16,526 bases of DNA from a candidate division WOR-3 bacterium (GCA_037444665.1 JBBILZ010000053.1:1-16526), one strand, 5' to 3'. Shown: positions 1 through 8,063, counted from the first letter of the stretch. Notes: generated from the sequence alone by a model not told the origin. Translations and numbers: made by a program.

Positions 1-49
1 ATATCACTCTATTTTAGAAAAATATAGTTAACATACATGGAGATGCAAA

Positions 50-1534
50 ATGGTTAATAGATTATTAGTTTTGCTAATACTTACATTAATACCACTTGTA
101 TTATGGGCAATACCAGAGGTTCAAATAAGACAGAACGATGTGCCCTTTGTAATCGGACAACGAGCAAGATATGAGCAGAACTCTGACCTATTTGAATGGA
201 CCCCTTTTGATTCAATGCGCACCTGGTGGGATTTGACAGGTTATCCTGGTGGTAGAACCGCACGTGTCCATCTTCTCCATCCATCACAGGGAATATCACC
301 TGCTCCTGATACTTTTCCCAATGCCCAGATTGTAGAACTTGATACTATGGGCGATAATAGTGTCGTATGGTCATACCTCTCTGGAACAGTGTATTATTAT
401 TATATAGAAGGCATTGATTTTGAGACTGGTGGATACAGATTTATTGGTAATTACAGACCCGACTACAAATGTTATGCCTACCCAATCTACGATGGTAGTG
501 GTTGGAACACAGCATGGACCTGGACCTATTATCTTGATGGCTGGCTACCTTATACTGCAAATGAACAACATCAAAAGGTTGTTGTAGCAAAAGGTAAGGT
601 CAGAGTTCCTTTTAGTGGAAATCATTTTTGGCCCTGTCTCGTGATAAGAGACTATATGGAATATACTGATAATTTCGGCACTCAAGATACGCGCTGGATC
701 TATGAATGGGTTGTGCCCGGACGTTTTGGTGGAGCCAATGGTGTAGCTGCTGCCCAGAGCACGAATGGCGCAAGTCAGAATTTTATGATTGTTGAAAATT
801 TTTTAATGTTGAGCGACCTCTTTGTGCCAGGATGGGATGTCTATGGCCCTGAATTCGTAAACACAACAATCTTGCCTGATACTGGATACCTCGGCCCTTA
901 TATTGTGCAATCAACAATTACTGATTCTACAGGGATCGGTGCTGATTCGCTTTTTTACAATATAAATGGTGGGCAATTCATTGGCGTAAGCCATGATAGT
1001 ATTGTAGGTAGTGTATACTATTATACAATTCCAGCAGTCAGCCAGGCATGCACACTCGGTTATTTTCTCTGGGCTGAAGATTCTTTCTGTGTAGCAAATG
1101 GAGTTGATCTATGGCATACTGACCCAATCTGTGCACCGGAAAGTACTTATTACAAATTTGTTGTATCAACAGGCATTGAGGAATCACAAACTTTTCAACC
1201 GCAGAATAGAACTATTTTTACGCTTTCTCCAAATCCATTCAGGAATCACCTCATAATTAAATTCGAAATACGAATCCGCCACGATGCATGGCGGACGAAA
1301 TTCGAAACAAATTCTAATTTTCAAATCCCAAATTACAAACTACAAATTTACGATGCGACTGGCAGGCTGGTGAAATCCTTTAACTATCCAACTATCCAAC
1401 CATCAAACCATCCAACCAAAATCATCTGGGACGGCACCGACGATTTTGGTCGCATCCTTCCACCCGGGGTCTATTTTGTAAAATTAGAATGTCCTGAAAA
1501 AGTCTTAATGCAGAAGGCGGTCAAACTTAAATAG
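50..1534 (+). CDS. Secreted protein with C-terminal T9SS type-A-like / FlgD-Ig sorting domain; N-terminal region of unknown function plus an Ig-like middle domain
   Basis: 494-aa ORF; GGAG at 39-42; hydrophobic signal peptide (LLVLLILTLIPLVLWA); C-terminus has the typical motif TGIEE...SPNPF...LQIYDATGRLVK...IIWDGTDDFGRILPPGVYFVKL...KAVKLK. Confidence 0.85.
   Translation: MVNRLLVLLILTLIPLVLWAIPEVQIRQNDVPFVIGQRARYEQNSDLFEWTPFDSMRTWWDLTGYPGGRTARVHLLHPSQGISPAPDTFPNAQIVELDTMGDNSVVWSYLSGTVYYYYIEGIDFETGGYRFIGNYRPDYKCYAYPIYDGSGWNTAWTWTYYLDGWLPYTANEQHQKVVVAKGKVRVPFSGNHFWPCLVIRDYMEYTDNFGTQDTRWIYEWVVPGRFGGANGVAAAQSTNGASQNFMIVENFLMLSDLFVPGWDVYGPEFVNTTILPDTGYLGPYIVQSTITDSTGIGADSLFYNINGGQFIGVSHDSIVGSVYYYTIPAVSQACTLGYFLWAEDSFCVANGVDLWHTDPICAPESTYYKFVVSTGIEESQTFQPQNRTIFTLSPNPFRNHLIIKFEIRIRHDAWRTKFETNSNFQIPNYKLQIYDATGRLVKSFNYPTIQPSNHPTKIIWDGTDDFGRILPPGVYFVKLECPEKVLMQKAVKLK
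1258..1349 (+). repeat. Degenerate 7-mer tandem tract with an inserted GC hairpin (TCCGCCA-N7-TGGCGGA), in frame within the CDS
   Basis: Period-7 units caaattc taatttt caaatcc caaatta caaacta caaattt (1308-1349). Stem 1275-1281/1289-1295 is flanked by CGAA (1271-1274, 1296-1299) and AAATTCGAAA (1259-1268, 1298-1307). Confidence 0.8.
1382..1417 (+). repeat. 8-mer tandem microrepeat (AACYATCM x4.5) within the CDS
   Basis: aactatcc aactatcc aaccatca aaccatcc aacc, encoding NYPTIQPSNHPT. Confidence 0.8.
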
Positions 1535-1560
1535 AACCCTACCACATTTATCTACAAAAC

Positions 1561-1701
1561 TGTAGTTGCCCGATTTATCGGGCATAACTAAATTTTTTCT
1601 TCTCTGTAGGGACAGGGCTTGTCCCTGTCCGAAAACGCTTCCGGACAACCACAAGGGTTGTCCCTACAAAAATAGAAAGCCTCATAAATGAGGCAACTAC
1701 A
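1561..1701. repeat. Nested GTAG-family REP pairs (REPIN within REPIN)
   Basis: Outer pair: GTAGTTGCCCGATTTATCGGGCA (1562-1584) and inverted GCCTCATAAATGAGGCAACTAC (1679-1700). Inner pair: GTAGGGACAGGGCTTGTCCCTGTCCG (1606-1631) and inverted CGGACAACCACAAGGGTTGTCCCTAC (1642-1667). Each unit is GTAG followed by a hairpin. Confidence 0.85.
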
Positions 1702-1758
1702 AAAATTTTTAAAATATAAGCGAGAGTAAAAGTGGGGAGGACTCAGTGCTTTTCCATA

Positions 1759-1786
1759 TTGACTTATCAGAAAATATGTGAATAAT
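1759..1786 (+). promoter_or_regulatory. Putative sigma70-type promoter for the 1808 ORF
   Basis: TTGACT (1759-1764)-N16-AATAAT (1781-1786); SD-like AAGGAG at 1797-1802 before ATG 1808. Confidence 0.55.
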
Positions 1787-1807
1787 TAATTCGGGAAAGG
1801 AGTAAAA

Positions 1808-2257
1808 ATGGATATAAATAAGGTTGTCAAAACTATTTTTATATTATTATTTTTTATCATCACTACCAATGTAATTAAGGCCTCAAATCTTACCGAACTA
1901 TTGGCAATAAGCAAAGGTGATATGGCTTCAATACAACTCAACCTTTATGCTCCAGCAAACTGGCAGGTCTCTTTACTACAATATGATGTTTATCTTTATA
2001 GTTTTTTTGACCGCAAAGATTCCACAATTGTTATTGAACTCTATGGTATGAAAGAGAAACCAGACGATGCCCAGAAGGCGATAGAGCATTTTCGTGGACT
2101 TCTCAAGAGTGAATTCATTAATTTTTTCAAAAATAATTATGGTATCCCAATTGATGAAATGAGTGAAATTAAATTTGTATATCGCAATCGGAGCGAGGAA
2201 GGTAGGAAAGAAATCTATTTGTGGAAGCAGGGTAAATATTATTACCCGCTAAAATAA
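1808..2257 (+). CDS. Hypothetical exported protein (149 aa)
   Basis: Good SD, putative promoter, N-terminal hydrophobic signal-like stretch (TIFILLFFIITTNVIKA); no family recognised. Confidence 0.75.
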   Translation: MDINKVVKTIFILLFFIITTNVIKASNLTELLAISKGDMASIQLNLYAPANWQVSLLQYDVYLYSFFDRKDSTIVIELYGMKEKPDDAQKAIEHFRGLLKSEFINFFKNNYGIPIDEMSEIKFVYRNRSEEGRKEIYLWKQGKYYYPLK

Positions 2258-2263
2258 TAAAGA

Positions 2264-2980
2264 TTAGATCTTAAATTTCCAGCCCAGGTATAATTCCCGC
2301 GCCTTGGGGTCATTAATCAGAGTCTGGGCATCTCCAGACAATAAAATTTGTGATTCATATATGAGATATGCGCGGTCAGTTATCTCAAGGGTCTCTCTTA
2401 CATTATGGTCAGAGATTAATATTCCAATCCCTTTGTTTTTTAAACTTAGAATTATGTCCTGAAGTTCAGCCCTTGCAATCGGGTCAATACCGGTAAATGG
2501 TTCATCAAGGAGTAAAAACTTAGGATTACTGATCAAAGCACGGGCAATTTCTACCCTGCGCCTCTCACCACCAGAAAGCGTGTATGCCTTCTGGTCTTTC
2601 AAATCCAGAAGTCTAAAATCTTCAAGCGTCTTTAATGCCCTGGCTTTTGCCTCACTAGTCTTTACACCAAGTATTTCATAGATGGCAACAAGATTATCCA
2701 TAACTGTCATCTTTCTAAAGACACTTGATTCCTGGCACAAAAATGATATACCCATACGTGCCCTTTTGAACATCGGCAGGTCAGTGATTATATTATTGTT
2801 CAACAAAATATCACCTGCATCACTAAGAATCAATCCCACAATCATATTGAATGTAGTGGTCTTTCCTGCACCATTGGGACCGAGCAAACCCACAATTTCT
2901 CCAGCATTGATTTTAATATTGACTTTATTTACTACAATCCTTTTTCCGTAGATCTTTGTAAGGTCTTTAGTCTCCAGCAT
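2264..2980 (-). CDS. lptB: LPS export ABC transporter ATP-binding protein
   Basis: Walker A GLLGPNGAGKTT, Q-loop QESSVFRKMTV, LptB signature LSGGERRRVEIARAL, LLLDEPF, ISDHNVRETL; follows lptC and lptA. Confidence 0.95.
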   Translation of the reverse strand: MLETKDLTKIYGKRIVVNKVNIKINAGEIVGLLGPNGAGKTTTFNMIVGLILSDAGDILLNNNIITDLPMFKRARMGISFLCQESSVFRKMTVMDNLVAIYEILGVKTSEAKARALKTLEDFRLLDLKDQKAYTLSGGERRRVEIARALISNPKFLLLDEPFTGIDPIARAELQDIILSLKNKGIGILISDHNVRETLEITDRAYLIYESQILLSGDAQTLINDPKARELYLGWKFKI

Positions 2981-3863
2981 CTTCTTCTTGCTCCTTTAAG
3001 TATAGTTTCCCCTTTGGGTTACCTTCAACCTGGACTTTGAATGCCCTTCCTTCCTGAAAAAGAATCTTTATACTATTACCCTCAATAATATTGTGGGAAC
3101 CCTGTTCTGTCCAATAACTTGCCATACCAAAAAAAATCTTAAAATAATCAATGGTTTTGTTCTTTAATCCAAATTCTCCAGTCATGCCTTTTAATTCGTT
3201 ATTTTTCTCAGTCACTACGGGTTTCATCATAGACCCATTATCCTTTTTGATATTATAATAGATTGTATCACAGAATAGATTGATACTATCAATCACACCC
3301 ACGACCGAATCATATCCATAACATAATTCTTCTCTATTTTTAATCAGAAACTCTTTTGCAGTAATGGTCATTGGTGTTTTATTTTCTCGTAATATTTCAA
3401 GCCTTGGCATCTTTATCAAATTTCCAATCTCTGTGTTTAAATCGTATGAACCTTCACCACCATAGACAATCAGGTTATTTTTTAAATCTTCCAACCGGAC
3501 ATTATGATACATCTTCACAAAACGTTTTTCTCCATCGTAATTTAAAGAATCTGCTGAAATGATTCGGTCTTCAGAGATCAATCTTACATTACCACGAAGC
3601 ACACTTATTTTTTCATTAAGATAATATATTGCATTCTCTGCCCTTATCTCTCCGTTATTATCTTTTATCAAAACACTATCTTTCAATATTACTATTCCCT
3701 CCGTCTCATTCAACCGTGCCTCATTACAGGATATTTTTGTATCTTCCTGTTGAATTTCTACATTTCCCAAAAGATAGACAATATTTTTGCCATTCTCCTT
3801 AATAATTTCTACACGCTCAGCATTAAAAGGAGTTGTAATAAATAAAATCAGTATTACTATCAT
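2967..3863 (-). CDS. lptA: LptA/OstA-family beta-jellyroll protein, tandem-length (298 aa)
   Basis: Repeated OstA motifs (GNVEIQQEDTKISCNEA; GNVRLISEDRIISADSLNY); lies between lptC (ATGA overlap) and lptB (14-nt overlap). Confidence 0.75.
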   Translation of the reverse strand: MIVILILFITTPFNAERVEIIKENGKNIVYLLGNVEIQQEDTKISCNEARLNETEGIVILKDSVLIKDNNGEIRAENAIYYLNEKISVLRGNVRLISEDRIISADSLNYDGEKRFVKMYHNVRLEDLKNNLIVYGGEGSYDLNTEIGNLIKMPRLEILRENKTPMTITAKEFLIKNREELCYGYDSVVGVIDSINLFCDTIYYNIKKDNGSMMKPVVTEKNNELKGMTGEFGLKNKTIDYFKIFFGMASYWTEQGSHNIIEGNSIKILFQEGRAFKVQVEGNPKGKLYLKEQEEDAGD

Positions 3864-4384
3864 TTTATTTTAGGGAATTTAATGGGTGATGCACCCTTTA
3901 TATCACCGATGATTTCAATTTTCTGCAAATCCGGTCCAGTTTTTAAACCATTGCCCTCAATTACTGTGCTATCTTTTTTGATTATCTTTACCCTTGCATC
4001 AGTGAGAATTGATTGCGAATCATTGAGCCAGAACAATGAATCAGTATACAGGTAGGTAGAATCATCGGTTATCAAAATCACACTATCACGCACCAGGATA
4101 TTATGGGTTTTGGTGCTTAGTTGTCCAGCATTACCTCTGAGTAATGCATATTCTTTTTCAGACTCGTCGTAAAATTTTATTATCACAGAATCAACATCTA
4201 TCATTTCTTCATAGACATATGCTGATACTGCCCTCAGGTTCCATTTCTTCTTTCCTTCCTGAGTTTCTGTCAAAGTAAAATTGGAAAGGGTAATACGCGG
4301 AAGATGTTTTTCAATATTTTGTGGAAGTGATTCCTCTTTGCACGCCAGAATGCCGAGCATTAAAAAAATTAAAATTTTTTTCAT
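3860..4384 (-). CDS. lptC: LPS export periplasmic protein LptC (174 aa, lipoprotein-type signal)
   Basis: Motifs GKKKWNLRA, LYTDSLFW, ILTDARVKI, IEGNGL. Start re-called at ATG 4384, which forms an ATGA overlap with the upstream stop and gives MKKILIFLMLGILA-C. Confidence 0.85.
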   Translation of the reverse strand: MKKILIFLMLGILACKEESLPQNIEKHLPRITLSNFTLTETQEGKKKWNLRAVSAYVYEEMIDVDSVIIKFYDESEKEYALLRGNAGQLSTKTHNILVRDSVILITDDSTYLYTDSLFWLNDSQSILTDARVKIIKKDSTVIEGNGLKTGPDLQKIEIIGDIKGASPIKFPKIK

Positions 4385-5037
4385 AGACTGGTTACCATTC
4401 TGCGCGATCGGTAAAACCACCAGTAATCATAAGGTCTTTCATTCACCAATGTTTTAAGATTACATCCTATTTTCATAACCGTAGTCCCATTTTCACAATA
4501 CACAGCAAATGATATTAATGGAACCTGACATAAACGGGCAAGTTTTTCAATCTTTTGATATTTAGTAAAGAGGTGATTTCCATCAACAAGCACAGCAAAT
4601 ATACCACCATTTTTAATGAATTTTACAATCTGGAATACCTGGTCAGGATAGAAAATTTTGATATTATGGCGTGAACGCCAGCAATAAAAAAATCTGTCCA
4701 TTAATTTACCCACGAGGAAATTATTATTATCTGTATAACGATTTACAAGTACTCCAACATCTTTATTCAAATAACTTCGGAGAATTTGTGGCATTAATTC
4801 CCAGACGCCAAAATGTACAGAATAAAGAACCGCACCATTTTTTATGAAGTTTGTATCTCCGATGATTGTCCATCTTTTATCACAATGTAACATTCGGGCA
4901 ATATTTTTTGCAGCCGTCTTAAGATTACTACTGATATTTTTACCCATTCTTTGTATAAAATACCGACGCCGGCCATGATTCAACCAGTAAATCATAATCA
5001 GTGTCAAAAACATTGAAATTTCTAAAACCGCTTGCAC
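4381..5037 (-). CDS. Short LpxL/HtrB-like lysophospholipid/lipid A acyltransferase-family protein
   Basis: Catalytic-type HFGVWE (Hx4E), AVLVDG, and C-terminal PYDYWWFYR motifs; GTG start uncertain; only 218 aa. Confidence 0.7.
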   Translation of the reverse strand: MQAVLEISMFLTLIMIYWLNHGRRRYFIQRMGKNISSNLKTAAKNIARMLHCDKRWTIIGDTNFIKNGAVLYSVHFGVWELMPQILRSYLNKDVGVLVNRYTDNNNFLVGKLMDRFFYCWRSRHNIKIFYPDQVFQIVKFIKNGGIFAVLVDGNHLFTKYQKIEKLARLCQVPLISFAVYCENGTTVMKIGCNLKTLVNERPYDYWWFYRSRRMVTSL

Positions 5038-5046
5038 AGGTTTATC

Positions 5047-6651
5047 TTATCCAGATTTCTTCAAAGACGCTGCAATAAAATGATAAAATATAGGATTGGG
5101 TGCCAATGGCCTTGAAGTAAATTCAGGGTGGAATTGAGTGCCGATGAAGAATGGGTGGTCAGTCAATTCAGCAATTTCAACAAGCCTGGCATCAGGAGAT
5201 TTTCCCGAAAAAACCAACCCTTTTTCATTTAACATCTTAAAATATTTGGGATTTACCTCATATCGGTGTCGATGCCTTTCTTCAATCAAATCTTTCATAT
5301 ATATTTTACGCGCCAGTGTTTTTGGCTCAATCTGACAGGGCCAGTTTCCGAGGCGCATTGTGCCACCCATATTTTTTATCTTTTTCTGCTCGGGCAAAAT
5401 ATCAATAACCGGATATTCTGTCTTGTCATCAAATTCTGTAGAATTTGCCCCTTTCATATTACAAACATTGCGCGCAAACTCTATCACCATACACTGCATT
5501 CCCAGGCAGATACCGAAAAATGGTTTTTTATTTTCACGGGCATACTTTACCACACGCACCTTACCCTCAACACCCCTCATTCCAAAGCCACCCGGGATAA
5601 GGATACCATCAACATGTGAAAGCGCATTGGAAAGCACAACATCATCAATTCTATCAGTATCAACCCATTTAATCTTGAGCCGTGCGTCATTGGCAACTGC
5701 CGCATGGTAAAGTGCCTCAATGATACTCTTGTATGCATCCCTTAATTCTACATATTTTCCACAAATTGCAATTTCAACACTTTTTAAAGGATTTTTTGCC
5801 TTATCTACAAAAATTTTCCATTCGGTTAAATCATAATCTTTCTTTTCAATGCCAAAATATTCTAAAATTAATTGGTCAAGTTTCTGTTGATGGAAGATCA
5901 ACGGAATTTCATAAATGCATTCAACATCAACTGCATCAATTACCGCGCGGGTCGGCACATTGCAAAACAGTGAAATCTTTTTTCTTTCATCCTCAGCGAG
6001 CCAAGAGTCACTACGGCACAAAAGAATATCAGGCTGTATCCCCATTGAGAGCAAAACGCGAACTGAATGCTGGGTCGGCTTTGTTTTAAACTCACGCGTG
6101 CTCTTGATAAAAGGCACCAGGGTCAGATGGATATACAGAACATTATTCCTTCCCAGGTCAAGCCTCATCTGCCTTGCCGCTTCTAAAAATGGCTGCCCTT
6201 CAATATCGCCGACCGTTCCGCCAATCTCTGTTATCACTATATCAACCTTATTCTGATTTGCAAGCTTTTTAATTCTTGATTTTATTTCATCAGTAATATG
6301 AGGAACAACCTGAACAGTCTTGCCCAGGTATTCACCCTGTCTTTCTTTGTTGATGACTGAATAATATACCTGACCGGTGGTAATATTATTATCACGACTC
6401 AACTGTTCATTTAAAAATCTTTCATAATGGCCAAGGTCCAAATCGCATTCTGCACCATCAGCAGTAACAAACACCTCTCCGTGCTGGTATGGGTTCATTG
6501 TTCCAGGGTCAACATTTATGTATGGATCAATCTTTTGCAATGTAACTTTAAATCCATAAGATTTTAAAAGTAGACCAATAGAAGCGGTTGCAACTCCCTT
6601 TCCAAGCGAAGAAACCACTCCTCCAGTGACAAAAATATACTTTGTATCCAT
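5047..6651 (-). CDS. pyrG: CTP synthase
   Basis: KYIFVTGGVVSSLGKG, KIDPYINVDPGTMNPYQHGEVFV, GICLGMQ, ERHRHRYE, QFHPEF. Confidence 0.99.
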   Translation of the reverse strand: MDTKYIFVTGGVVSSLGKGVATASIGLLLKSYGFKVTLQKIDPYINVDPGTMNPYQHGEVFVTADGAECDLDLGHYERFLNEQLSRDNNITTGQVYYSVINKERQGEYLGKTVQVVPHITDEIKSRIKKLANQNKVDIVITEIGGTVGDIEGQPFLEAARQMRLDLGRNNVLYIHLTLVPFIKSTREFKTKPTQHSVRVLLSMGIQPDILLCRSDSWLAEDERKKISLFCNVPTRAVIDAVDVECIYEIPLIFHQQKLDQLILEYFGIEKKDYDLTEWKIFVDKAKNPLKSVEIAICGKYVELRDAYKSIIEALYHAAVANDARLKIKWVDTDRIDDVVLSNALSHVDGILIPGGFGMRGVEGKVRVVKYARENKKPFFGICLGMQCMVIEFARNVCNMKGANSTEFDDKTEYPVIDILPEQKKIKNMGGTMRLGNWPCQIEPKTLARKIYMKDLIEERHRHRYEVNPKYFKMLNEKGLVFSGKSPDARLVEIAELTDHPFFIGTQFHPEFTSRPLAPNPIFYHFIAASLKKSG

Positions 6652-6658
6652 GGGTTTA

Positions 6659-6686
6659 AGTATAACTAAAAAATCAGTAAAGTCAA
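6659..6686 (-). promoter_or_regulatory. sigma70-type promoter of pyrG, apparently leaderless
   Basis: Minus strand TTGACT (6686-6681)-N16-TATACT (6664-6659)-TAAACCC-ATG; no SD. The -35 contains the TGA stop of the upstream gene. Confidence 0.7.
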
Positions 6687-8029
6687 GATATTTTGCTTAT
6701 GTTTCGGCGTAGATTATATTCTTTTATCTTTCGTCTCAGTGTATTGCGGTGGATTCCCAGCTGGCTTGCAGAAGCACCGAGATTCCAGTTGTTTTTTTCC
6801 AGAACTTCTTTAATATGATTTTTTTCCAGCTCTCTCAAATCCCCATTTTTTAAATTATTAGAAGCCGATCCTAATTGTAATGGAACATCTTTAATACCAA
6901 TCCAATCTCCACGGCACAAAACCAGTGCCCGTTCAATAATATTTTCCAGTTCCCGAATATTACCGGGCCAATCATATCTTAAAAGAATGTTGAGCGCCTC
7001 TTTTGTTATTCCCTTTACCTGTTTACGACCCTTTGCGGCAAATTTTTTGATAAAAAGATCAACCAGTGGTTTTATATCTTCTTTTCGCTCGCGCAGAGGT
7101 GGTAGTGTTATGTTAACAACATTGAGGCGGTAATAGAGGTCCTCACGAAAAGTTCCTTCAGTAATTTTTTTCTTTAAATCCTGATTTGTGGCGCAGATTA
7201 AGCGAACATCTACTTTGATAGGCACATTCCCACCCAACCTTTCAAAAGTAAACTCCTGTAAAACTCTTAATAATTTTACCTGCACGGTTAAGGGCAGGTC
7301 GCCAATTTCATCAAGAAATAATGTGCCTTTATCAGCAAGCTCAAATTTTCCAATCTTTCTCTTCTCAGCACCAGAGAATGCCCCTCGCTCATATCCAAAC
7401 AATTCACTTTCAATCAATGTCTCAGGTAGTGCAGCACAGGATATTGGAACAAATCTAAAATTCTTGCGCGGACTCGCTTCATGGATAAGCCGTGCAACCA
7501 TTTCTTTACCTGTTCCTGATTCACCAAGAATCAAAACCGAAGCATCAGATTGAGAGACTCTGGGAATGAGTGCCACAATTTCCTGCATTCTGGGGCTCAG
7601 GGCAACGAATTGCTCAAAATTGAACCTTTCAATAACCTGCTCTTTTAATGTAGCAATCTCCTGACGGGTTATCTCATCTTCATAGATATGATTAATCAGA
7701 AATTCAAGTTTTTTTAAGTCAATCGGTTTGGTAAGATAATCAAAAGCACCAAGTTTTATTGCCTGCACTGCAGATTCTACAGTGCCGAAACCGGTCAGAA
7801 TAATAAAATATGTTTGCGGGTCAATCTCTTTCATCTGTTTCATCGTTTCAATACCATCAATCTCCGGCATCTTTAAATCAAGGATAGCGAGGTCAAAACT
7901 TGTGGTGCGATTTTTTTCTATTGCCTCTTTGCCATTACCTGCAGTCGTGACTGTATAGCCACAATTTCGCAAAAAACCTGCAAGCAATTCACGCTGTGAT
8001 TCTTCATCATCGCAGACAAGGATGTGCAT
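6683..8029 (-). CDS. sigma54-dependent NtrC/AtoC/ZraR-family response regulator (REC-AAA+-Fis HTH)
   Basis: ILVCDDE, LDLKMP, GESGTGKE, ESELFGYERGAFSGA, FLDEIG, FREDLYYRLNV, WPGNIRELEN, LGIHRNTLRRKIKEY. Confidence 0.95.
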   Translation of the reverse strand: MHILVCDDEESQRELLAGFLRNCGYTVTTAGNGKEAIEKNRTTSFDLAILDLKMPEIDGIETMKQMKEIDPQTYFIILTGFGTVESAVQAIKLGAFDYLTKPIDLKKLEFLINHIYEDEITRQEIATLKEQVIERFNFEQFVALSPRMQEIVALIPRVSQSDASVLILGESGTGKEMVARLIHEASPRKNFRFVPISCAALPETLIESELFGYERGAFSGAEKRKIGKFELADKGTLFLDEIGDLPLTVQVKLLRVLQEFTFERLGGNVPIKVDVRLICATNQDLKKKITEGTFREDLYYRLNVVNITLPPLRERKEDIKPLVDLFIKKFAAKGRKQVKGITKEALNILLRYDWPGNIRELENIIERALVLCRGDWIGIKDVPLQLGSASNNLKNGDLRELEKNHIKEVLEKNNWNLGASASQLGIHRNTLRRKIKEYNLRRNISKIS

Positions 8030-8035
8030 GGTCTA

Positions 8036-8063
8036 ATTATATAAATCTGCAATCAAAAATCAA
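8036..8063 (-). promoter_or_regulatory. sigma70-type promoter of the response regulator, apparently leaderless
   Basis: Minus strand TTGATT (8063-8058)-N16-TATAAT (8041-8036)-N6-ATG (8029); no SD. Confidence 0.7.

Noticed and set aside
1535..1556. AACCCTAC and CTACA just after the first CDS as extra REP ends
   Set aside because: No accompanying hairpin; may be relics but too short to support.
1561..1701. CRISPR array or autonomous IS interpretation of the hairpin cluster
   Set aside because: Units are inverted and of two classes rather than direct repeats with spacers; no cas or transposase gene in the window.
4385..4420. Track's longer lptC start (4420); likewise the TTG start at 10546 for the receptor
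   Set aside because: The downstream ATGs give proper signal peptides, and fit an ATGA overlap (lptC) or a promoter position (receptor).
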